64,000 bases of DNA from a virus. Taxonomy: Duplodnaviria; Caudoviricetes. The position numbers and the translations under genes are program-made. Under the pieces are notes generated by a model. The model had not been told where the DNA came from. It did no database searches and saw only the letters and a list, made by a program, of their open reading frames with translations. How positions within the stretch are numbered: position 1 is the first letter of the stretch; the number at the start of each line of letters is the position of its first letter. The stretch is taken from positions 21,079 to 85,078 of the IMG/VR virus record IMGVR_UViG_3300019703_000001; one strand, 5' to 3'. Below are positions 47,403 to 55,085 of this stretch, piece by piece.

Positions 47403-47678
47403 TTAACTTTCTTCCTGTATTTTACTACACCATTCTTTAGCATCTTCATACCATTCATTGGATTCAATGCCTGTTGTGCCATACTGACTTAAAAGCTCAT
47501 AAGCCTTATTAACTTTTTCTTCAAGCCATTTGCGATATTCTTTATTATATTTAATTAGATCATGCGTATAGAGGGCATAAGCTTTATCAAATAGCTTAAA
47601 GTCGAAAAAGTCCTTAGAATGTGGCAAGATGGGCTCTTTTAGCCCTGCTTCTTTTTCAAATTGTTTTTTATATTCCAT
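47403..47678 (-). CDS. Hypothetical protein, paralog of 54506-54769
   Basis: ATG 47678 behind AAGGAG; MEYKKQFEKEAGLKEP...EY.KWLE. Confidence 0.65.
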   Translation of the reverse strand: MEYKKQFEKEAGLKEPILPHSKDFFDFKLFDKAYALYTHDLIKYNKEYRKWLEEKVNKAYELLSQYGTTGIESNEWYEDAKEWCSKIQEES

Positions 47679-47811
47679 TACACACTCCTTTTTAAAATAA
47701 GAATTGCCTCCCCGCCTAGTGAGAAAAGCAGGGAGGCTCTTAACCCGCCACACTACATGTAACTACAGTACATGCCCTTGATTTAGCGCGCTGTTATATT
47801 TTAAGAAAAAA

Positions 47812-48012
47812 TTATAAGCCTTCTTCAAAATTTTTTATCATTGTATCACCTTCTTCTTTAGTTATTTTATGATAAGTGACACGCTTTCCGGTTTCCTCTT
47901 CTTTAACAAAATTACCATTTTTCAATTCATGTATTTTGTGCATTCGGGAAACGGTTTCTCCGAATTCACGACTTATTGCTACTCCAAAATAACTTTTTAT
48001 AATCTCTGACAT
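47812..48012 (-). CDS. Hypothetical protein
   Basis: GGAGG RBS; flanked by 15-bp direct repeats. Confidence 0.65.
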   Translation of the reverse strand: MSEIIKSYFGVAISREFGETVSRMHKIHELKNGNFVKEEETGKRVTYHKITKEEGDTMIKNFEEGL

Positions 48013-48247
48013 ATTGAGCCTCCATTTTGACTTATATTTTAAGAAACAAGGCAGTCTGACCGTCGCAAACCCCCTACAGTTTTTAATTTTAATCAGACTC
48101 CCATTGTTTCAATAAAAACAATAATACTTTTATCTTGTCATATGTCAACAATTTTTTAATATTTTTTTCAAATCTGTATAAAAATCAAAATTGTAAAACA
48201 TACGGCAAGAATAATAGCAAAAATAAACTCTACATCTAATTTAATCT

Positions 48248-48760
48248 TCATTGTCTCATCCCTTCAAAGGGTTTTCCCTTCGGTCTTTCATAAAGTTGTT
48301 TTTTACTGTCATCATTGGCAAAGATTTGATCGGGATCTAAAACACTGATTGTATATTCAGTATCAGCCGCTACACAAAAACGGTATAAATAATCTTTTGG
48401 AGGTCTTACCATGACAATAAATTCTTTGTTTCTAAATTCAAAAACGTGTTTGTCATATTTATAAAGCTTGACAACCTGATCTCCGAAGTCTTTTAAAAAA
48501 TCTTCTTTCCAGTGTTCGGGAATTAATGATAAATAAAAAAACAAGTCCCGATTTATCGTCTTTTGTCCCATGATTTCATCATGTATAAATTGCATTGCTT
48601 CTTTAAGAAAATCTTTAAATTCTCTAACCGATTTAAAAAAATCAATCTGTTTGCCTCGCTCTTTGCCGCTTTTATAAAAATACACAATAGTATTATTTTC
48701 AGTGTTCATAAACCCAAAATACTTAACGCCTTCAATTTCTGTTTCAAAAAATTTTATCAT
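48248..48760 (-). CDS. Hypothetical protein
   Basis: GGAGG RBS. Confidence 0.7.
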   Translation of the reverse strand: MIKFFETEIEGVKYFGFMNTENNTIVYFYKSGKERGKQIDFFKSVREFKDFLKEAMQFIHDEIMGQKTINRDLFFYLSLIPEHWKEDFLKDFGDQVVKLYKYDKHVFEFRNKEFIVMVRPPKDYLYRFCVAADTEYTISVLDPDQIFANDDSKKQLYERPKGKPFEGMRQ

Positions 48761-48800
48761 TATTAAACCTCCCCTATATCTTTAATCTTTTGTAGCATAT

Positions 48801-49256
48801 TTATTTTTCTCCCGGCTCACCTACTTGCCTCTCTTTAAACATACACCATATTTCTTTATCCTTTGGGAAATGATTACATTTGTAAGGACACTTGTTGACA
48901 CAATACTGAGATCCAATTGAAACTTTTTTTACAATTCCATGTTGTCCGGTCCTCCCAATAAAAGGACAATCGGGAGTACTGATATTAGTTCCATCTAAAA
49001 CAGTGTAATAAAGCAGCAAAGGATATGCTTTGCTGTCTTCTTTATCCTCAAAAAAAGTCTCTTCTGTAAGCTGATCAAGTGAGTCAGTTAGTTCTGCCGC
49101 CTCTATTTTATCATGCTCAATATGATTTATTTCATTTTTTGAAGATATTATTTCATCAGCTAAACAACCAAAAAGAGCAGGTGGTATTGATTGTTTTCCA
49201 CCAACTTCATCTTTAGAAAAATTCTCTATTATTTTTAACAGTTTTTCTTTGTTCAT
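48801..49256 (-). CDS. Hypothetical protein with C-terminal Cys cluster
   Basis: GAGG RBS; C..KCPYKC...C. Confidence 0.65.
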   Translation of the reverse strand: MNKEKLLKIIENFSKDEVGGKQSIPPALFGCLADEIISSKNEINHIEHDKIEAAELTDSLDQLTEETFFEDKEDSKAYPLLLYYTVLDGTNISTPDCPFIGRTGQHGIVKKVSIGSQYCVNKCPYKCNHFPKDKEIWCMFKERQVGEPGEK

Positions 49257-49507
49257 AATTTATTCAACCTCACTTGGTATAATTTCAATAAATTTATTAT
49301 TTTCAAATAAAGGCTCACATTCGCAATGATTTACACTTTCATTTGTACAACCCCCTGAACATCCATATTCTTTTTCTAAGTCTTCTAAAAAATATTCATC
49401 ATGATATTTAATTATTTCCAAAAGAGAATACTCTCTTGTTATAATTCCATTATCTAATTTTAATTTAAACCTTATATCTTTATTCATAATTTATTCAACC
49501 TCACTTG
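49252..49507. repeat. 25-bp direct repeat flanking gene 49260-49487
   Basis: TTCATAATTTATTCAACCTCACTTG is identical at 49252-49276 and 49483-49507. Confidence 0.9.
49260..49487 (-). CDS. Small YopX-N-like/Cys-containing protein
   Basis: M.KDIRFK start resembles YopX; ends in SEVE like its neighbour. Confidence 0.55.
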   Translation of the reverse strand: MNKDIRFKLKLDNGIITREYSLLEIIKYHDEYFLEDLEKEYGCSGGCTNESVNHCECEPLFENNKFIEIIPSEVE

Positions 49508-49901
49508 ACATGAGTTCAGGGTTTTCAAATATATTACCTATAATTTCATACGTTAATAAAAAATCATGTAAAGACGGGTTCCATGGCCCTCCTGTGTTAA
49601 CTCGAAAACAACATTTATCTTTATGCCATTCAACAACACCGCGAGTGTTCAAATTTTCATTATCTTTGTGAAATATGCTTACTATATCGCCCTCATAAAT
49701 ATCTTTTCCTGTTGAGTCTTTGAGGCCGGTATATTGCATTATTTTTAAAAATTTATCACAATAATCATCCAACCCCATTAAAGAATCAATAAAATACAAA
49801 TGAAGTTGTCTTAAACGTGTTTTAGGTGTTTTAGAATTTTTAGAATGGTACAATATTTTTGCTTGTGTATCCCGTATCCTGAATTTAATTTCTCTTGTCA
49901 T
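49491..49901 (-). CDS. YopX family protein
   Basis: MTREIKFR...MQYTGLKD..GK.IYEGDIV...EIIGNIFENPEL. Confidence 0.9.
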   Translation of the reverse strand: MTREIKFRIRDTQAKILYHSKNSKTPKTRLRQLHLYFIDSLMGLDDYCDKFLKIMQYTGLKDSTGKDIYEGDIVSIFHKDNENLNTRGVVEWHKDKCCFRVNTGGPWNPSLHDFLLTYEIIGNIFENPELMSSEVE

Positions 49902-50188
49902 TTTTTTATTCTCCCTATGGTTCCAGTTTTTATTATTGGAATATAAAGACTTCTGAGTAAACTAAAGGTTATAAGCCATCTTTGCAACTTCATTTTAAAT
50001 GAAAAATTAAACAAGGTTAAACTGATAACTATTCCCGGACATGCATTATTATTTACACAAAAATCAAACAAATGAAAAGCAGAGCTACAACAAATTTTAA
50101 TTTGAATCATATTAGGACTATCTAATATTTGAACCTTTATTAATGTAAAATAATACATAAAATTATAAAATCTTTGTTTTAAGTTCAT
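49898..50188 (-). CDS. Hypothetical protein
   Basis: AGGAGAATAATT-ATG. Confidence 0.65.
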   Translation of the reverse strand: MNLKQRFYNFMYYFTLIKVQILDSPNMIQIKICCSSAFHLFDFCVNNNACPGIVISLTLFNFSFKMKLQRWLITFSLLRSLYIPIIKTGTIGRIKK

Positions 50189-50202
50189 AATTATTCTCCT
50201 GA

Positions 50203-50598
50203 TTAGTTTTTGTTAATATCTATTTCACATAAAACATCAATCTTCATGTTTTCGACCTTACAATTGTCCGCTTTGCCGCCTCTAAAATCGGGGTGATCTC
50301 TGAATTCTTTTTTTAAGATCCACTGAATTTCTTTTGTATTTCCGCAATAGGGACAAGTCTGATTGTTGTAACACCCCTCATATGCCCGGCCACAAACAAG
50401 ACAAATTAAGGTAAAGGGATTTCCACCGTCTGCTTTCTCAAGCTCATAAATATATGTATTCACGTTACTCATGTGTTCTTTCATAACTTCCCTTAGAGTT
50501 TCCAAGTTTTCAAAAATTTCTTTTTCAGTCATTTCACCAGAAAAAGCTCTATTAAACAACTCTGCTTTTTCCGCTCGTTTTAAATCCTGATCATCCAC
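50203..50598 (-). CDS. Zinc-ribbon protein (GTG start)
   Basis: GTG 50598 behind AAGGAGAATAATT; CLVC ... CPYC. Confidence 0.65.
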   Translation of the reverse strand: MDDQDLKRAEKAELFNRAFSGEMTEKEIFENLETLREVMKEHMSNVNTYIYELEKADGGNPFTLICLVCGRAYEGCYNNQTCPYCGNTKEIQWILKKEFRDHPDFRGGKADNCKVENMKIDVLCEIDINKN

Positions 50599-50600
50599 AA

Positions 50601-50894
50601 TTATTCTCCTTTGCTGAAACGCAATGTCCCATTGAACCAATTGCCTTTAATCGAATATCTTTTTTTATTTTTGAAAACAAGTTTCAATTCAAACCAATGA
50701 TCATTTGTAAATGATTCATAACTCTCCATACCTATATCATATAATACTTTAAGTAATTCGTCAACTCTTTGATAATGAAGGTTTATGAATTCCCTATGTC
50801 CATCTAAAACCCTCCACAACTTAGGGCTATTGTTTATTGTCAATCTGTTCAATTTGACACTCCTTTCTCTATATACTTTTAAATAATATTGCAT
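50601..50894 (-). CDS. Hypothetical protein (true start probably TTG near 50853)
   Basis: AAGGAG precedes the in-frame TTG. Confidence 0.55.
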   Translation of the reverse strand: MQYYLKVYRERSVKLNRLTINNSPKLWRVLDGHREFINLHYQRVDELLKVLYDIGMESYESFTNDHWFELKLVFKNKKRYSIKGNWFNGTLRFSKGE

Positions 50895-50899
50895 CCTAC

Positions 50900-51048
50900 A
50901 AAAAAATCAGAGGGAGCGACAAACAATAAAAAGGTTGGCCTGTCATGACCGCCGCCCCCTCAAAACTATGATAGGAGTTAAACTATGAAAATGAAAGTTA
51001 AATCAGTAAGTCTTTAAACAATATAATAACTTGTCTTATTTGTGTCAA
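50900..51048 (-). ncRNA. Candidate anti-RBS RNA 2 or structured leader
   Basis: TTGACA-17-TATATT (51048-51020); antisense of AGGAGTTAAACTATGAAAATG; 11-bp stem with long loop, then a T-run. Confidence 0.45.
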
Positions 51049-51077
51049 CACAAAAAATAAAAAAAACGAAAAAAATA

Positions 51078-51220
51078 CAAAAAAACCCGGATAAGGGCTT
51101 ATCCGGGTTTTTCCTTTCAGGATTAGAGTGTGTGAAAATTGTATACTGGGTGTAGCTATATAATTATAGGAGAATAATTATTGTCACTTATAATATAACA
51201 AAATTAAATCAAATCGTCAA
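51078..51220 (-). ncRNA. Candidate antisense sRNA 3 (~105 nt)
   Basis: TTGACG-17-TATATT with extended TG; no start codon before the terminator hairpin; 5' hairpin ATAATTAT-TCTCCT-ATAATTAT; perfect terminator at 51081-51112. Confidence 0.7.
51081..51112. terminator. Intrinsic terminator
   Basis: AAAAACCCGGATAAG / CTTATCCGGGTTTTT perfect inverted repeat. Confidence 0.9.
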
Positions 51221-51224
51221 GTCC

Positions 51225-52001
51225 TTATCTTGCTTTTTTTATTTTTTTTATCCTATCCTCTGTAACATCCACCCATGTCCAGCCATAATATTTGTTATCT
51301 TTATCACATCGGCCATTGTCGATGCCTATAAAATTTCTATTGTTTTTAATCGCAGCTATCCCGGTTGATCCTGAACCACAAGTAAAATCAAGGATAGTGT
51401 CTCCGGGTTTAGTATAGGTCTTGACCAAATATTCCATTAAAGCAACAGGTTTTTGTGTATCGTGATAATTTTCTTTCAAAATGTCACGTTTAAACTTTAA
51501 TATTTGAGTAGGGTATCTCAACCCATTGTCTCTGTATTCAAAAACCGGCTTTTTTTGAGAATCGGTCAAAACGCCCATTTTACCGTTTTTAACCTTATTG
51601 CCCCTTTTTGGGCCAGAGTATTCAACCATTTGAGGATCGTAAAAACACTGTTTCTCATAAAAGACAGATATTGTTTCAATAACCTTTCCCGGACGGTTTT
51701 TGACCTGAGCAATATTTGTTAGTCTCTCCTTTTCCCAGTAACAATCGTATTTATACTGACTTAAATTAGATGCTCTTAAAAGACTTGAAAAAGGTTCTTG
51801 TCCAAAAAGTATAACAGGAGTGTTTTTATTTCTTTTCATTTGACTCAATCGGTCCCACATGGGGCCAAAAGGTATAATCACATCCCATAAACACTTAGTG
51901 GTTCCATAAGGAATGTCTGTTATTACAGCGTCAACCCGAATCCCTTCTTTTATCAAAAGATCCATTTGGTCTAATGTGTCGTTAAAAAATAATTTATACA
52001 T
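51225..52001 (-). CDS. DNA methyltransferase, N4/N6 class (beta order)
   Basis: TDIPYG, H.TQKPVAL and ILDF..GSGSTG motifs. Confidence 0.92.
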   Translation of the reverse strand: MYKLFFNDTLDQMDLLIKEGIRVDAVITDIPYGTTKCLWDVIIPFGPMWDRLSQMKRNKNTPVILFGQEPFSSLLRASNLSQYKYDCYWEKERLTNIAQVKNRPGKVIETISVFYEKQCFYDPQMVEYSGPKRGNKVKNGKMGVLTDSQKKPVFEYRDNGLRYPTQILKFKRDILKENYHDTQKPVALMEYLVKTYTKPGDTILDFTCGSGSTGIAAIKNNRNFIGIDNGRCDKDNKYYGWTWVDVTEDRIKKIKKAR

Positions 52002-52031
52002 GAGCTAACAATAAATAAACGCCTTATCTTG

Positions 52032-53441
52032 TCAACTTTTTTTTCGCTGACTTCTCAATAAGTCCCGTTTTTTCTGCTGCTGCTTCTTTTTAACCTCTCT
52101 GAGCTTCTTTCTTTCTTCTTTTTTCACATCAAGGAGCTTTTTCTTTTGATCTGACAAAGTGCCTGATATAGTCCCCGGCTTGCCCTGAGCTCTTGAGAGG
52201 GGTTCCAACGCATACATACAAGCTTTTATCCCATCATCAAAAACATCAACTGGCTTGTTTTCTATAGGCTCCCCGTCTTTATCTTTTTGTAGTTCATAAA
52301 TTTCGACTTCCTGAGCAAGTCGGGGACACTTATCAGGATCAATAATCCACTCCTGAGAGCGAATAAAGTCAATACCCCTTGAAACACTATCCCCGCCCTT
52401 TTTAGCAGGAATAACAGAATAATCCTGCTGCTGCCACTCCTTGATCCTTGATGGTTCAGCACTATCGGCCCTACATAGCTCATGCGGTTTGAGTATATCA
52501 TATTCTCGGTTGGTCTGAATGAACTCCATGTTTGTAGGATTTTTGTAATGCTTATGTTCTTCACCGCCCACCATCAGCTCATTATACGACCACATTTTAC
52601 CATCTTTGAACCCTATCTTTTCTATTACACTGGGGTGTGTGCTTCCAAAGTCCATACCAATATAAATAGCGTCAAAATCTTCTTCTTTATAAAAACACCT
52701 TTGAAGAGAGTAGTTATCAAATATAACACTTCCAAAATTTCCCCATTCCCCAAGGCAGTAGACCCTATAAAACTCGTAATTGGTGTGCTTGTAGCCCTGC
52801 AAAACGGCCTCATAGTTTTCATCAATAAACCTGTTATCAAGGTAGGTGGAATGAACAATAAAAACCTCAGTAGTCTCTTGATAGGACCGTTTGTCAAAAA
52901 ATTCTTTTTTAATCCAATGTTTGTTGGAAATAGGATTGAGCATTAATGTAATCTGAAAAGGCTGAGGGGCCTGCCCCCTGAGCCTTGCGTTTAACTGGTC
53001 AAAATCCCCCTGTGTTATTTCGCTCGCTTCTTCAATTACTACGTCAGTCAGGGGACCGCTGGGAAATGTGATTGATTTCACCTTTTCAATGTCATCAAGG
53101 CCCGTGAGTACTGCCATGTTGCCATTGTGCCGCACCGTGAAACTCATTTCGGTTTTATTTATATTAAAAAGGGTCTCTACCCCTAGACCCCCCTCGCCGT
53201 CCCCTATAAGCTGTTTAAATAGGGCATACGTGGAGATCCTATTAGTGTTTGCCACTTTTCTACAAATTAAATAATTATGCCCCGGTTCAGCAATCATTTT
53301 ATAAATAATTTCTTGAAATTCAAAATAACTTTTCCCGGACCCTGCCCCGCCTACAAGTATTCTGATACGGGATTTATTTTTAAAAAAATCCCAAAATTTT
53401 TCATTCATTATTAAATGAAATTTTCTAAAATCTACTTTCAT
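52032..53441 (-). CDS. terL: Terminase large subunit, PBSX family
   Basis: GGAGSGKS Walker A, VVIEEASE Walker B, LNP coupling motif; nuclease GMDFG..HP, ADSAEP and DD...A..Y. Confidence 0.95.
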   Translation of the reverse strand: MKVDFRKFHLIMNEKFWDFFKNKSRIRILVGGAGSGKSYFEFQEIIYKMIAEPGHNYLICRKVANTNRISTYALFKQLIGDGEGGLGVETLFNINKTEMSFTVRHNGNMAVLTGLDDIEKVKSITFPSGPLTDVVIEEASEITQGDFDQLNARLRGQAPQPFQITLMLNPISNKHWIKKEFFDKRSYQETTEVFIVHSTYLDNRFIDENYEAVLQGYKHTNYEFYRVYCLGEWGNFGSVIFDNYSLQRCFYKEEDFDAIYIGMDFGSTHPSVIEKIGFKDGKMWSYNELMVGGEEHKHYKNPTNMEFIQTNREYDILKPHELCRADSAEPSRIKEWQQQDYSVIPAKKGGDSVSRGIDFIRSQEWIIDPDKCPRLAQEVEIYELQKDKDGEPIENKPVDVFDDGIKACMYALEPLSRAQGKPGTISGTLSDQKKKLLDVKKEERKKLREVKKKQQQKKRDLLRSQRKKS

Positions 53442-53443
53442 GT

Positions 53444-53698
53444 TTAAACTTTAGTCTTTTGCTCCTGCTTATGAATCTTATTCAAATTATTTAAAAAATC
53501 CTGAATATCCTTAAGACATCCCGAATTAAATATGGTATCCGGTTCAGGGAAGAAACAGTATTGAAACCATTGTCCAAACCATTTGGCTTCCCCGATTGTC
53601 TCCCGGCTGTTTAGGGTTTTACATTGGTAAATTACCGTTTTCCCGGTTATCGACTCCCCGTATAGTTTAAAAAATATGTATTTATATTTTGTTTTCAT
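53444..53698 (-). CDS. Hypothetical protein
   Basis: KWFG.W.QYCF.P...TIFN..CL.DI pattern seen in small phage proteins. Confidence 0.6.
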   Translation of the reverse strand: MKTKYKYIFFKLYGESITGKTVIYQCKTLNSRETIGEAKWFGQWFQYCFFPEPDTIFNSGCLKDIQDFLNNLNKIHKQEQKTKV

Positions 53699-54393
53699 TA
53701 GTTAATAGCGGCCCAGTCTCCAAATTTATAAACTGATTCATAACCTGTGTTTAAAGAACCCATATTATCAAGGGAGCTTTTATGATTTTCGTCAAGAAAC
53801 TCATTATCCTTATACGTAGAGTGAACAGTAAAAACAGAATTACCGAAATAACTTGCCTGATTGTATAATTTTGCTTTTATCCAACTTTTCTCATCTTTAT
53901 CAAGAATAGGATTTAAAACAAGTGTTATTTGCCTTAAGTTCCTTCCTGCAAAAAGTACCGCAAATTCTGCTTCCGTCAAGGTATGAGCATCTTCAACTAT
54001 TACATGATTAAAAATAACACATCCAACTCTTCTGCAATTTAAGTAATTTCTAATGTCCGAAAAAGTTTTATATTCCATACAATCAATTATATTATTTCCG
54101 GCCTGAATTGTCAGCGGAATAATATTTGTATCAAATTGACCCTTAACACCCAAAATCTCAGCAGCCATTAAAAGAGACGGCCACGTTGAGACCTTGCTGA
54201 CTCCGGCTTTTCCTTTTTTTACAACAAGACATTTATACTCAGGAATATTTATGGCGTCAAGTATAGCCTTTTGAAAAACTGAAATAGTTTTCCCCGATGC
54301 TGCCCCTCCGACTGAGACAAGTATTTCTTCTTTTGCTTTAAACAGCGGCAAGAATTTTTTGTTAATTTTATCTTCATATTGATTTATATTCAT
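53698..54393 (-). CDS. Terminase-large-subunit ATPase-domain-only paralog
   Basis: GGAASGKT, VIVEDAH, LVLNP, WIK, VHSTYKDNEF and YKFGDW align colinearly with TerL residues ~1-235; no nuclease domain. Confidence 0.85.
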   Translation of the reverse strand: MNINQYEDKINKKFLPLFKAKEEILVSVGGAASGKTISVFQKAILDAINIPEYKCLVVKKGKAGVSKVSTWPSLLMAAEILGVKGQFDTNIIPLTIQAGNNIIDCMEYKTFSDIRNYLNCRRVGCVIFNHVIVEDAHTLTEAEFAVLFAGRNLRQITLVLNPILDKDEKSWIKAKLYNQASYFGNSVFTVHSTYKDNEFLDENHKSSLDNMGSLNTGYESVYKFGDWAAIN

Positions 54394-54402
54394 GGTTTCA
54401 CC

Positions 54403-54636
54403 TCACTTTTCTTTTTTTTTATTTGAAATAATTTCCCTGATTCTTTTTATGTAATTGTCTACAATCTGCCTTTGTACAGACAATAGATTTTCTTTTTCAC
54501 TCATGTTACTGCCCCTTTTTAACCAATCTCCACCTTCTGCATGACATAGGAAAACAAGTGGGAAGCTTGCCATTTCCACAGATTTTAAGAAGATCGCAGT
54601 TCCGGCATGAGGTTTTTTCATTATTTCTATCTTCAA
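54403..54636 (-). CDS. Hypothetical protein (uncertain start; overlaps its neighbour)
   Basis: Only the C-terminal half (MSEKEN...) has a plausible start. Confidence 0.35.
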   Translation of the reverse strand: MKIEIMKKPHAGTAIFLKSVEMASFPLVFLCHAEGGDWLKRGSNMSEKENLLSVQRQIVDNYIKRIREIISNKKKEK

Positions 54637-54769
54637 GCCATTTAATATAGTGGCTCATATATTCATCCATCTCCATTGTAAATTTTATCCAATGAAAAGA
54701 TCCTTTAAATTCAGGTTCGTTCATCCCTGTTTCGGCCTCAAATTCTTTCCTATATTTCATCTTCACCAT
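54506..54769 (-). CDS. Hypothetical protein, paralog of 47403-47678
   Basis: MKYRKEFEAETGM.EP...Y.KWLE; C-terminal Cys cluster. Confidence 0.6.
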   Translation of the reverse strand: MVKMKYRKEFEAETGMNEPEFKGSFHWIKFTMEMDEYMSHYIKWLEDRNNEKTSCRNCDLLKICGNGKLPTCFPMSCRRWRLVKKGQ

Positions 54770-55085
54770 CCTTTAATTTTTTAAGATATTCTTTTAACGC
54801 ATTCAAAAGATTTTCTATGCCCTTTCGGGCCTTCTCTTCATTCTTATTATTTTCAGGGTGATAGACAAACCCCTGCCATACTCTAAAGCCCTTGCTCATG
54901 CATTGAGACAAAGGGCAATTAGAGCAGTCGTAATAATTACAGCAAGGGCAGTGGTTATCCATTTGTTCTATCTTATCCCACATCGAAAGCTCTTCTTTAG
55001 TTTTTGGAAAGTCGTCAACAAGCTCCTGAACCATTTCAATACTTAAATCAATAGTTTCAATTTCTGTTGGTCTCGACATAATCAC
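54750..55085 (-). CDS. Cys-rich hypothetical protein
   Basis: CPCC...CSNCPL..C. Confidence 0.6.
   Translation of the reverse strand: MIMSRPTEIETIDLSIEMVQELVDDFPKTKEELSMWDKIEQMDNHCPCCNYYDCSNCPLSQCMSKGFRVWQGFVYHPENNKNEEKARKGIENLLNALKEYLKKLKDGEDEI

Noticed and set aside
50985-51017. Plus-strand mini-ORF MKMKVKSVSL with a strong SD (and the minus-strand MQKHKT at about 29697-29677)
   Set aside because: No promoter was seen on that strand, and each lies opposite a promoter-terminator unit. They are better explained as mirror images of anti-RBS seeds, though not formally excluded.
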